The notes beneath the pieces were generated by a model. It was given only the letters and a program-made list of their open reading frames with translations, was not told the origin of the DNA and searched no databases. This document shows positions 39,221 to 51,960 of a stretch of DNA of 64,000 nucleotides, one piece after another. Positions within the stretch are counted from its first letter, which is position 1, and each line of letters opens with the position of its first letter. Position numbers and translations under genes: made by a program. The DNA is taken from assembly GCF_001194135.2 (NCBI RefSeq), contig NC_068997.1, forward strand, positions 19,215,001 through 19,279,000, given 5' to 3'. The stretch is from Octopus bimaculoides. Lineage: Eukaryota.

Positions 39221-40789
39221 TGTGTGTGTGTATGTATAACACCAACCTCTTTTTCGTTCATATTTTTCATAATCCCAGTTTGATCTTCTGCTTCTTTTTG
39301 TAACACAACCCTTAAAATAGTTCATTCACAAGCCAACAATGGAACGTAGTCACTTCACTGTGATCAGACCCGCAGCAATAGCAGATAAACTTGCCTACTT
39401 TTTTTTTTTTAAATTGAAAGAACACACTGTGTCATTTAGTCCTAAACACACTGCTTCTTGGAAAGAAAAAAATGTCTGATGGTTACAGGTGAAACCCGTG
39501 AGTCATGTTTTCTCAGATTGAGCTGATCTAGAATTAAACAACTGACAGTTTGTTAAAAATACAATCTTTTCACCTGTATTAATATTGACACTTAAATTAT
39601 TTCACAAGCTGGAAGTTGAATTACATCAGTGGGGGAAAGAGTGGAAGGATCAATATATAGGTGCAGATATGGCTGTGTGGTTAAGAAGCTCATTTTGCAA
39701 TCATGTGGTTTCAGGTTCCGTCTCACTGTGTGGCAATTTGGGCAAGAAATGTTAGCACGCCGGGTGAAACGCTTAGCAGTATTTCATCTGTCTTTACGTT
39801 CTGAGTTCAAATTCCACTGAGGTCGACTTTGCCTTTCATCCTTTCGGGGTCAATAAATTAAGTACCAGTTGCATACTGGTGTCATTCTAATCGACTGGCT
39901 CCTCCGCCAAAATTTCAGGCCTTGTGCCTAGAGTAGAAAAGAATATTAGAGCAGTTATCTTTCAGTAACTTCCACATTATCCAGAGACCCATTATTGGTT
40001 TAAAACCTTCAACTGTGTCACCTTTAATTTGGTCTTTCCAATGCAAAACAATCATACTTTGGGTCATCCTCTTTTTTACTCTTCAAAAGTTCTTTACTGC
40101 ACAGGATATCATTTAATTATTTAATTATTATCACAGAGCAGGAAAATCCTTATATTTCTCAACCATGATGGCTTTATTAGCAACATTCTCTTAGAGAAAG
40201 TCCTCCTTGCTATTTGGTGCCTCGTCTTGTATCCAGTATCATACTGCACACACAAGGTAAATCTCTGACGAAGCAACCCTAATTCCCACACACTGTATTC
40301 CTTCTCCAAGTCATCATATTCACATACAGTCTAGGTTTGGTTGACGTAAAACCAACAGAGCCATAATTTCTGACAGTAACCTTTCTATTACTCTGAAATA
40401 AAGCATCCCAGACTTAACTTCCATACTTGCCTAACCCTTCGGTCTCTCTCTGTGGTCACTAAACCAGCTATTTCTAGCAGGTTTAGCAACCAAATAGATG
40501 GTCTCATGTGGGATCATGAGCATCAATGTGTTGCTATATATATGTTACTGTCATAAAAACTGTATCATTCATTTCCAATATACTGTGAAAAAGCATCTGG
40601 CTATGAGGAAATATAATCTTGCTTGGAAATAGGTGAGGGTTAGCAACAGGAAAGGCACCCTTGAATGAAGGGGAAAGTGGATGTGAAAATGAGGATAACA
40701 ATGATATCCCAACTTCCATCATTATCAACATTTCAATGTTTGTCACACCTTGTTTGCATTGATGGATAGGTTTTATCCAGCACTACATC

Positions 40790-41290
40790 TTCCCCACCAT
40801 CACAATCCTTTTTATTTTCTTGTTGAGGCTCAGAATCCTTAGGCTGGTTTTCCACCACTTTGTGTTCCACATTTTCCTAGCTCACTCTCCTCCATAGGTT
40901 CCATCCATTTTCAGTGCCCCACACTGCTTTATACAGCTATCTTCCTCCATATGCTTTATATGCCTATAACAGCACAATCTTGTGTCTTGCATACCACATT
41001 TGATGCCTCTTATGTCTAGTTTTTTTTCCATTTCTCAGGTCTCTTGTGCTTTTCATTCATATACACTAACGTTACACATCTACTGGATTATACCAGTTTC
41101 ATTTCCTTTAACTCTGAGCAAATTCTTGGCATTCAAGTCTCTTGTCTCACTCACCACCATACAATTTGTTCTTCACTCTGAGAGAAGAACCCTGTGTAAT
41201 AAGCAGAGCTTGTTGCTCCCTGAACATTTCGCAAACACTTCTTACTCTGGTAAACTAAGCTTTCAGAATATTCATGTGCCTTTACTAATT
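40790..41290 (-). mobile_element. old RTE ORF2 fragment; a further RTE-like piece at 40100-40310
   Basis: minus frames MFREQQALLITQGSSLRVKNKLY and NETGIIQ*MCNVSV...LDIRGIKCGMQDTRLCCYRHIKHMEEDSCI. Confidence 0.7.
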
Positions 41291-42059
41291 AGGTCATTTT
41301 GGTAACAATAACATAAGCTATCAACTATTCAAGGGAGCCTTCTGAGCATTTCAAAGACTCTTTTTCATTGGTGGTTTTCATGCTTACTGAATTTATGCAT
41401 CTGCAGCATATAAAGTCTATCACTTCTGTTCATCTGCTTATGACTTCACTACATCTCTTGTGTATCAATGGTTATACTGGGTACACTGTAAGGAATTTCT
41501 ACCAACTTCTTTTCTGCATATTGAGCATGGTCATTTCATTGATGGTACCAACATCATATCTTCTTTTTTATTCAGTAAAATTTTTGTTCATACTAAGTTT
41601 ACTTAGAGGTATCTTCATTTTAAGTTTTGCTTCCCTTTCTGGAATTTTCTCACCAAATAGCTGACCAATTCTGTTATAAGAACTAAGTTATTAGCTTATT
41701 GGAGTTTTCACAGCTAGCTGCTCTTAAACTCCTTCATTATGGCCAGTTATAAATATCCAAGAAAAGAAAATTCATGCAAATAAATATATTTCTTCATTAC
41801 TGGTTCCAGCTAATTAGGTTTGGTCGTGCTGAGGCAATTCAATTGATTCTCTGTAATTCGTTTACTTTTCAAAATTAATGAATTTTGTGGATCTCTTGTA
41901 CTGAAGTCAGCGAAGATTACTACCATACAACAAAATTTCTTTGGCTGTTTTGTCTTACATCATATATGTTATATTGAAAATAAAATAAACACCATTATCT
42001 TACTGGTTTCAATTATTGGGTGATGGCCATGCTGTACCTCCCATGAAATTCAAGAAAGA

Positions 42060-43235
42060 TGATAATATTCATATAAAGTGTAACCTTTCTTGGACTCTTG
42101 TCCCTTATATTAGTCACATCTTGAACATTATACTTTTACAGTCCGAGAGCAGAAGATAACTATGATATATCTAATGAACAAATGGGACAGAGGAGCCCCT
42201 TAAACTCCTAAAGTACAAATGCAAATGTTGATAATGTTACACTTCTGCAATTAAAATAATGCATGTAATCAGCAGCTCTCCAAAAATATCATTGAGGAAA
42301 TACGTCTTGCGTGAAAAAGTGCCACACCCTAACAGTTGAGGGAACCCGTGGAAGAGGTAGGCCCAGGAAGACCTGGGCTGAGGTGGTGGGGCAAGACCTT
42401 CGTACATTGGGCCTCACCGAGGCGATGACTACTGACCGAGACCTTTGGAAATGTGCTGTGCGTGAGAAGACCCGGCAAGCCAAGTAAGATCATTGCCAGT
42501 GCCCCTGGACTGGCTCTTGTGCGGGTGGCACATGAGATGCACCATTTTGAGCGTGGCCGTTGCCAGTACTGCCTGGCTGGCTCCCGTAGGATTTTCGAGT
42601 GAGATCGTTGCCAGTGCCCCTGGACTGGCTTNNNNNNNNNNNNGACTGGCTTGTGCGGGTGGCACATAAAAGACACCATTTCGAGCATGGCCGTTTTCGT
42701 GCGGGTGACACGTAAAAGCACCCACTACACTCTCTGAGTGGTTGGCGTTAGGAAGGGCATCCAGCTGTAGAAACTCTGCCAAATTAGATTGGAGCCTGGT
42801 GTTGCCATCCGGTTTCACCAGTCCTCAGTCAAATCGTCCAACCCATGCTAGCATGGAAAGCGGACGTTAAACGATGATGATGATGATGATGATGTAAGGC
42901 ATGATATTGTTGCTAAAACAATATAACAACACCAACTGCAGAAAAGTCTGCTCTGGATGAATATAAACAACATTTCTGCTATTGAATACTTAGATATTAT
43001 CACAGGGAATTGTCATCAAAACATCTACCAAGTACAAACATAGCAGGCCTGATATAGTCATTTGGAAAAGAAAAGAAAACTTACATATAGTCATAGAGGT
43101 AAACTGCCCTATAGATATGAGTGTCTTTTACAAAATCAGAAAGAAGAAGAGTTCTTATGGACAACTGCTTTGAAATCTATTGCTCTTTTATCGTGATTAT
43201 AAATTCACATTCATTCAATAACCATTTGTGCATCC
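42060..43235 (+). mobile_element. degraded RLE-type (R4/NeSL-like) non-LTR element interrupted by a young RTE
   Basis: SHLEHYTFTVREQKITMIYLMNK; KCKC**...HVISSSPK...YVL | RHDIVAKTI; RPDIVIW...IEVNCPID...KKKSSYGQL. Confidence 0.75.
42308..42893 (+). mobile_element. young 5'-truncated RTE LINE (ORF2 C terminus 42311-42487, 3' UTR, (GAT)n tail)
   Basis: stop-free VKKCHTLTVEGTRGRGRPRKTWAEVVGQDLRTLGLTEAMTTDRDLWKCAVREKTRQAK*. Confidence 0.92.
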
Positions 43236-43286
43236 TTTTACAAAGAATTCTAATGAAAAAAAAAACAGGCAAATAATGAAGTCATA

Positions 43287-43348
<62 letters not shown>

Positions 43349-44973
43349 CATACATACATACATACAATAAACACATACATTCACATACATACAAGCCAAT
43401 GAGTGGAATGACAATGTAAGGCAAGCTTCTGCATGGTCACACCACAAACTAGATATAACTGCCAAATCCCCTTAAAATTACTCTCTTTCATCTGAACAAA
43501 AAAACGTATGTTAGATAATGTTGTTTTGGTTTCATAATGCATAGGAAAAGACTGCATTGTCACAGCTGGATTGTTTTTCATCAAAGATCTATTCAATCAG
43601 GTTTACTCTGAAGTTTAACAGTAATGTACACATGTACATACATCTGAGTCAACATGGCAGGAGGAAAGACTTTTACATGAACCACTTGATCGACTAGAAA
43701 TAGTAGTTAATTCCCTCTCAATCAAAACACTGTGTAGAAAAAAAAAAGAACACATTGAATGATGTATTCCTAGCTACAGCTAAGTAGATCATAGGTTTGC
43801 TCAAGTATTCACCTAGGATTAAATGATACAGATACATACAGACACTGTTGCACACACACAAATTCACACACACACACACACACACACGTATATATATTTA
43901 TATAATTTAGAGAAAAACCACTATTAAATAATTCAATAAAGAATGTAATTCATACCCTCTAGAAAATAAATATATCATAAAAACCTTATTCAAAAACTCA
44001 ATAAAATACATAAAAGAATAACTAATACATAGTATAAAATGACTATGCACATTTCATGGCTATATTTTCAAATAGATAACTACTAAAACTAATTCAATTA
44101 ATAATCAAATCTATTCAAAAATATAGTCACTCATCAGGTCTAAACTAATAAAATAATAATTAAAAAAATCAATGTACATATAACTTATACTAAATATCTA
44201 AAAAAAATACTTGTTTTAGCAATAAATAAATAATCAAAAAACATTTAACAATATTTCTTAAAATAAAAACACAACTTATCTGTGATGATGGCAGTCAACT
44301 CATGACCAAAGAAAACCATCATTGACCATTAAAAAACATTGTGAAATCAGACAAAATTGATGGGGACTAATGAACCACAGCTCTTGATAGATATGCACAT
44401 CCAAGAATACATATAATTTGCCCATGGGTAGTGTCATTTGTTTCATTTCAGTGATAGCTATGTGTGTGTGTGTGTGTACACAATATTGACCATGTTCTTT
44501 TCCTTATGCTTTTTCATATAATAATTTTGATTAAAATTAACTGCAACAGGAGACAAAAAAAAAAAGATAAACAAAGTTAACATTACTAAATAATTTAAAT
44601 TTATTACTATATCAATTTGTTAATGTCTGTATATAAAAAATATATATGTATATAATTTAGAAAAAAATTATTAATATAATACAAGATGAATTTATAAATA
44701 CATAAACAATTTAATTAATGAATTATCATTTAATATTAAATATAAGTCTTATTTGATACGTAACATATTTTTTAAATTCTGTCTTACATTTATGCATATA
44801 GAGCCTAATATTATTTCATTATAATATAGTTTTCACATATATGTATCAAAATGAAATTGATAAAGAAATTTGCATAACCAATTAATGATGTCAGGAAACT
44901 CCTGAAAGCTTTGTCTTTCTTGAAGTACATTCAATGTAAATCAGTCTAATACAATCCATTTCACCCCTGACAG

Positions 44974-44988
44974 AAGAAGCAAGATGAA
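44974..44988 (+). CDS. fry: possible 15-nt alternative microexon (KKQDE)
   Basis: ccatttcacccctgacag AAGAAGCAAGATGAA gtaggt; phase 0-0; TCTAAT branch-like motif upstream; short pyrimidine tract, no UGC. Confidence 0.3.
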
Positions 44989-45594
44989 GTAGGTTAGCCT
45001 AGAAGTGAAATAGTGTCAGTTAGCTAGCTCCCCACCATTCTTCAGCACTTGCATATATTCTCTGTGTGTGTATAAATATATTTACACTGAATCACTGCTT
45101 ATACATTGAGGAAAAATTCCTGATAAAATTACTTTCTCATCACATTCAGCTAAATTAATTAATCTTATATTTGTTATGTAATAGTTATATAGTTGATGTT
45201 TTTATGTAAGTAATCAAAACAGCTGTAAAGCAAAACAAATGACACTTTTCAAATATGATTGAGATCTGTTTTCTATTCTTCATGTGTATATGGCCATTAC
45301 CTGCATCTGTATGTACAGACCAGGGCAATATTGTTTTTTGGATGCAAGTCTCATCTCTCATATATACACACATATATACATGGCTGTCAGTTCAAATCCT
45401 ACTGTGTAATGTGAAGTTCTCAGCAACCAGAGTTTGCTGCAAAATTAATTTAACTGAATACATATCTTCCAAAAAAAGGATGCCTTTGAGCCCAGCCAAT
45501 GTTAGAAACAATTACTATTCATAGTAGTATGATCTATGTACATTTCATTTTATTTTATTTTGTTTTGTTTTTTATTTACTGCTGCATTTCACAG

Positions 45595-45612
45595 GATTCC
45601 TATATCTTCAAG
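45595..45612 (+). CDS. fry: candidate 18-nt alternative microexon (DSYIFK)
   Basis: U-rich tract 45543-45577, then tactgctgcatttcacag GATTCCTATATCTTCAAG gtaagg; phase 0-0 like both flanking exons; no stop. Confidence 0.7.
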
Positions 45613-46626
45613 GTAAGGTTTACTCCTACCTCACATCACCTGTGATTTTTTTTGTTTTTGTTTTTTTTTGTTTTGTTTTATTCATTCTTTCAGAAGCTGA
45701 ATAATAAAAACATACTTTGTTTCAGTATAAAAGGAATTAAAATGACATATAAATAATCATAATGAAATTACATACACAATAAAATTAAAGCAGAAAAGAA
45801 AAGGTTAATAGTTAGGTTAGACTTGACAGGGACATTTAATTTAGCTATTTGATAAAAGGTTTCTAACAGGTCTCTAACAGCTGTTTCTAGAATATCCCAG
45901 CTACTGGAACATTGTGTCAAGTGAGGATTCCATAGGCCAAATATTCTCTCTCTGATGACAGTTTCAATAGCTTGGATATTCTAGAAAAAAACTATGTAGA
46001 TCTTCTATTATGTAGCTAAATTGAATGTCCTTGTCAAGTCTTGTCAAATTGTTTGCCTTTTATTTTCTGCTTTAATGTGTACCTAAGAGCTCAAGAGGAA
46101 GCCACTTCTAGCTGCTTTCGAAAAGCAGTCACAAAATCATGTCTTCAACTGCAGTTCAAGCCGTAATTTTAATGGCATATCAATTTAAGCACTCAGAGCA
46201 CATACTTATTAGTTTGAGCCACCCTGATAAAAACTCCTTGAATCTTTTAATAAAATGAATATGTAAGGAAGTAAAACTTGTGGTTGTAAACATTCTACAT
46301 AAATTTACAAACTTAAAAGGACAAAACTGTACACATTGTAATATCCATAGTATACATTTGTGAAAGATTTCTCAGGTTTTTCACAAATGTAATCATAACT
46401 ATTCAGGCCTGTCACCTGACTTTGGTGCCTAGGGGTGCTTCAGAATATTCTGGATGGGTACTAATTTGTAATAATACTAAAACGGAGTTTCAAAATAAGT
46501 GTATCACTGTAAATCTGAGGGTGAACCATTGAATAGTGAGGGAGCAGTGTGCTGTCCAGAGTATCCCCTTAGTGATGGGCATGTAACTATTAGTAATTAG
46601 AATGCTATCAAACTCACATCCCACCA

Positions 46627-46670
<44 letters not shown>

Positions 46671-46990
46671 TTCTCTCTCTATCTATCTCATGAATGTACA
46701 CAGTGGTAAAGACTGCAGTTGAAATTTTTTTTATACACATACATACCCACATGACATTTGCAAACATCATAGTATTTTTATGAATTTAAGCAGCAAACAT
46801 TTGATATTGAATGCCATACCAAACAAAATATTTGGCTGTATTTCATCATTTGCTTTCACATTTCAAGTTCAAATTTAAACTGGTGTCAAACTTTACCATT
46901 CATTCATTGATAAAAATAGTTACCAGTCTAGGACTGAGGTCAATTTAATCAACTATTCCATCAAAATTCATATGCTTCTGCCTCAGTAAG

Positions 46991-47041
<51 letters not shown>

Positions 47042-47747
47042 CCACCATCATAACATTTGCTAACTCACCAAGCATATCTTCATGTGACTCAAGCACACAC
47101 ACACATGGTTGTTTTTTCTTTATGTATGTATTTTATGTTGTGTTTATGTTCACATATATATATATATTTTAACTGTAACTCTTGTCTTTTATGTGATATT
47201 TATATTGTGTAGTCTGTGTAATCCTGCAATTTTTATCACTTTATGTGAGCCTACCAACAAGGAAAAAATTGCCTTCCATCTTTTTGTGATGAAAATCTAC
47301 ATATACATATACACATGCGAAATAAGAACCAGTTCAATATTTTGTATTTGATGGCAAAAAAAAAAAATTATATACTGGCTTATGAGGTGCACTCCGATTT
47401 CAACAATGATTCAAGAAAAAGAATTTTTAAAAGGTTAAAGGGTGTCTGACTTCACATTTAGAACCCTGAAAAGTTTTTTTTTTTTTTAGATCTGCATCTT
47501 ATATACCATCAAATACAGTACAAGAATACTATTGAACCAGAAATACATGCCCACAACTGTCCTCTTATCCCTTGTCCTTTTTCCTTAATGGCATGTAAAT
47601 TTTGGAGAAATTTTTTTGATTTTTTAGGTTATCTTCTCTTAGCAAGTGAAATTTGTCGAAAAATTAAGTATTAGTGAAGCACTGGGTCAATGTAAATAAA
47701 TAGCCCACTCCCACAAAATTTCAGGTCTCGTGCCTTTAATAGAAAGG

Positions 47748-47780
<33 letters not shown>

Positions 47781-47886
47781 TAAGGTGGTGAGCTGGCAAA
47801 ATTGTTAGCATGTCAGACGAAATGCTTAGTGACATTTCGTCTGTCTTTATGTTCTGAGTTCAAATTATTATTACGGTGAGAGATAA

Positions 47887-48112
47887 GGCGACGAGCTGCC
47901 AGAATCGTTAGCACACCGGGCAAAATGCTTAGCGGTATTTCGTCTGCCGCTACGTTCTGAGTTCAAATCCCGCTGAGGTCGACTTTGCCTTTCATCCTTT
48001 CGGGGTCGATAAATTAAGTACCAGTTACGCACTGGAGTCGATTACATCGACTCCCCCTCCCCCTCCCCCCCCCAAAAAAAAATTTCAAGGCCTTGTGCCT
48101 AGACTAGAAATA
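47887..48112 (+). mobile_element. young copy of the most abundant SINE family (about 200-230 bp) with 20-bp TSD
   Basis: attatt(a/g)cggtgagagataa at 47867-47886 and 48113-48132; core gactttgcctttcatcctttcggggtcgataaattaagtaccag; more than 20 copies by eye across the window. Confidence 0.88.
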
Positions 48113-48789
48113 ATTATTGCGGTGAGAGATAATGGTTGAAGGGGAAATAAAAATGGCTTGCAATATGCAGTTATGTCCCCTGTGTATTCTGAATTTAAAT
48201 CTTGCCGAAGGTTTATTTGCTTTTTATCTTTGTGAGGGTTTTATAAAATAAGTACTGCTTGCATACTATGATAGATTTAATCAACAATAAGCTCTCCACA
48301 AACTTGGAGCATCATATCTCAGAAAATATTTCAAATGTTTTGCCACATAAATCCTTTTAAACACTTCTTTTCGTTTTCAGTTGTTTATCCTTTGTTTTAA
48401 AGTTGAAATTGAAATTAAAAATCGTTATTATAATATTAGAGATTATAAATATTAATTCAAGATAGAAAAGACCACCAGGTCTACTAACAAGACACAAATC
48501 AAGTATGTATCATTTGCTGTTAGTAGAATTGTTGTTCTTTCATAATTCTGTCTCAAATTAATGTTTATCATGTCTGATATATAATTTATGCTACAAATGC
48601 TTGGCAGAATCGTTAGCATGCCAGGCGCGATGCTTAGTAGCATTTTGTCTGTCCTTACATTCTGAGTTTCAAGGTCGATGAAATAAATATAAGCTGAGTA
48701 CTGGGGGGGGGGGTTTCGATGTAATCAACTAGTCACCTCCCCAAAAAATTTCAGGTCTTGTGCCTTTAGTAGAAAAGATTATTATAAAC

Positions 48790-48990
48790 ATCACACAGTA
48801 TACAATATCATGAGGTTGTTGACTGAAGATATTGTGTCAACCGGAGGTTTGTACTGGTCGTCAAGTCACAACAAGGACTCCACACAGACAGTACTTTACG
48901 CAATATGCGTGCAGTTCCAAATAATGCTGACTTTTGCAAAACATCTTATATTGTAGGGTATCTCTAAGGTTTTCAGATGTTTTTATCTAT
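48790..48990 (-). mobile_element. RLE-type (R4-like) LINE extreme 3' end
   Basis: minus frame LQKSALFGTARILRKVLSV followed by short UTR ending in ATA repeats. Confidence 0.7.
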
Positions 48991-49501
48991 TATTATTATT
49001 ATTAATATTAGTATTATTATTAAAGTGGTGAGCTTTCAGGATCATTTGCCCACTGGACAAAGTGCTTAGTGATTGTCTGTCTGTTTTTCCTTTTTGGGTT
49101 CAAATTCTGTTGAAGTTGACTTTGCCTTTCATTCATTCAGTGTTGATAAAAGAAGTGGCAGTTCAGTTCTGAGGTATCAATGTAATCGACTTATCCACTC
49201 CCCTAAAATTTCAGGCCTTTTGCCAATAGTAGAAAAAACTATCATTATTATTATCAACAGCAGTGAGCTGGCAGAATTGTTAGAGCATTGGCTCTTTAAG
49301 TTCTAAGTTCAAATCCCACCAAAATCAGCTTCAATAAATGCAAAGTACTAGTCATGTACTGAGATTGATGTAATCAATTATATTATATATATTTCCTTTA
49401 AGATTACTAACCTTGTGCCAAAATTAGAAAGAATATCATTATTATTAAATAAAAATGTAATTATCGTATCTCACTTCTTTTTATATTTTCCTCTCTTTTA
49501 G

Positions 49502-49690
49502 CAAAAAGATGACTATTTCTCTTTGGGTGATCGTCGCTGTTCATTGAATCTCGATGCGACAGAATCTTCGTCAACATTGACATTTTTTGGCAGCGTACCT
49601 GATTTGAAACTGCTGGATAATTTCCCTGATGCCAAGAGTCTAACCCTGAAAGACAGTTCCAGTTTTCTGGAAGAGGTTTATTCAGATGAA
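49502..49690 (+). CDS. fry: furry exon 29 (QKDDYFSLGDRRCSLNLDATE...FLEEVYSDE)
   Basis: ttttag / gtaagt; DYFSLGDRRCSL parallels vertebrate DNFNWGVRRRSL. Confidence 0.9.
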
Positions 49691-49780
49691 GTAAGTAAGA
49701 AGAACTGAGCTTGGAATTTTGTTTTTGGTCAACTGGATTCAACAAAGAACATAAATGAATCTCAAATCTCATTTAGAGAT

Positions 49781-49816
<36 letters not shown>

Positions 49817-50331
49817 GTTAGACATACACACACACAAATACACTACACTTTATCTACATCTTGTCACTGTATTTTATATAGACAACACTGCTGTTTTTAT
49901 GCTCATATACTAAACACATGTTTCCTCTCTAGCATAGTTATACAATAAGAACTATTGTCTGCCACCTATGCTTCAAACCACGCAGTTCTGCAAAAGGACT
50001 GAATAGTCATCCGAGAGGTCATGGATGGAAAATCAGAAATGCCATTGCTACCAAGGAAGCACAATGTGATGGCAGTAATCTGTGAAGAGGGAACAACCAC
50101 CATGTGTCTGTGTTTGTGTGTTAATTTAGTTATAAGTGTTCCTTAAGAAGCAAGTCATATCACCCTGTATGATGTCAGATGCCACGAAATGGCTAAGTAC
50201 AAACACAGAGCTCATATATACATGTGTGTGTGTCTATACACACACACACACACACAACACTTTATCCACATCTCATCTTTATTATATTTTATATAAACAA
50301 TATATTTTCATACTTATATACTAAACATATC

Positions 50332-50379
<48 letters not shown>

Positions 50380-50530
50380 NNNNNNNNNNNNNNNNNNNNN
50401 NNNNNNNNNNNNNNNNNNNNNNNNNNNNNNNNNNNNNNNNNNNNNNNNNNNNNNNNNNNNNNNNNNNNNNNNNNNNNNNNNNNNNNNNNTGTCTGTCTGT
50501 CTAATCTGTCCGCCTGTTTTCTTCTCTGTC

Positions 50531-50561
<31 letters not shown>

Positions 50562-51249
50562 CTATCTATTTATCTATCTCTCTTTATCTTTTTTTACTTA
50601 CAGAATTATTAAATGGCCATTGCTCTTCTCAAGAAATGTCTCTTTGAGTTTACTTGTATTAATTTTCTTCTCTTTTTTTTTTCCTTTATGATGTCCTTAG
50701 TTTTCTTCTTTGTTTTTCTCTTCTTATTTCTTCACAACCAAGGTCAATCCACCCTGGGATTTTACCGAACAATGATGATGCTGATGATCCTAATTTTTCT
50801 TCTTCCACTTCTTCTTCTTCTTCTTAAACTAAATACTTTGAACATTTGGATATTCTGGTTTACTTGCTGTGAGTCTACATAGCACAATTCCTTTTGTTTT
50901 AGAATTCTGGTTACTATTACTCTTTAGGTCATATCACTCCCCATTTTTTCCATTGCTTTCTTTTTGTAGTTCTTCTCCACCAGCAATCAATATGTTAGTT
51001 AATTCTTATCTGGAGTATGTTACCTAAACCCCATCTGCAGCATGTTAGTTGTTAATCTTTATGTCTGTGCAATATTTAAGCCCCCCCCCCTACACACACA
51101 CACACACACACACACTGCAATGTGTTGAGTAATTCCCCTCTGTTGTCTGTTAGTTAATTCTGAACTCATGTGTTAATTGATCTTTGTATCATTGTAAGAA
51201 CTAATCTGTATCTTCTGTGTGTTAATTAATTCTCAAATCTAGTATATTA

Positions 51250-51960
51250 GTTAATCCTTGTCTTCAGTATAATGAGTAACCCACGTCTGCCGTGTGTTAG
51301 TTAGTTATCCACTTGTGTGTTAGTTAACCCTTGTCTCAATGTAAGAGCTAATCCATGTCTGTTGTGTGTTAGTTAACCTTTGTCTTTAGTATAATAGTTA
51401 ATCCACATCTGCTCTGTGTTAGTTAATCTTTGTCTCAATGTAAGAGTTAATCCATATCTTCTGTGTGTTAGTTAATCTTTGTCTCAATGTAAGAGTTAAT
51501 CCATGTCTTCTGTGTGTTAGTTAATCTAGTATAATAGCTAACCCACATCTGTGTGTTGGTTAATCCTCAACTATGGTCTATTTCTGCTGTGTGTTAGTTA
51601 ACCTTTATCTTTAGTATAATAGTTAATCTACATCTGCTGTATGTTAGTTAATCCTTGTCTCAATGTAAGAGTTAATCCATTTCTGCTGTATATTAATTAA
51701 TCCTTGTCTCAATGTAAGAGCTAATCGATGTCTTCTGTGTGTTACTTAATCTTTGGTCTTTAGTATAAAAGTTAACCTACATCTGCTGTGTGTTAGTTAA
51801 TCTTCAACTGCAGTGTATTTCTGCTGTGTATTACTCAACCTTTGTCTTTAGTAAAATAATTAATCCACATCTGCTATGTGTTAGTTAATCCTTGTCTCAA
51901 TGTAAGAGTTAGTCCATGTCTGCTGTGTGTTGATCAATCCTAAACTGCGTTGCATTAGTT
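51250..51960. repeat. about 49-bp minisatellite with higher-order organisation
   Basis: monomers start agttaatc..; three monomer types recur in a fixed order. Confidence 0.85.

Noticed and set aside
11206-39325. Long ORFs of 230-420 aa in the ORF track (11206, 23151, 23401, 38214 and others)
   Set aside because: Made almost entirely of X from N-gaps.
41340-41700. Minus-strand N-terminal part of the RLE element
   Set aside because: Only vague similarity, many stops, and opposite orientation to the recognised fragment.
36839-49501. Nested host gene on either strand in the long intron
   Set aside because: All protein-like stretches found are decayed retroelement ORFs; no spliceable exon chain seen.
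50604-50647. Strong-looking acceptor tttacttacag followed by LLNGHCSSQEMSL*
   Set aside because: The required phase 0 gives AAT TAT TAA at once, and there is no good donor; no support as a coding exon.
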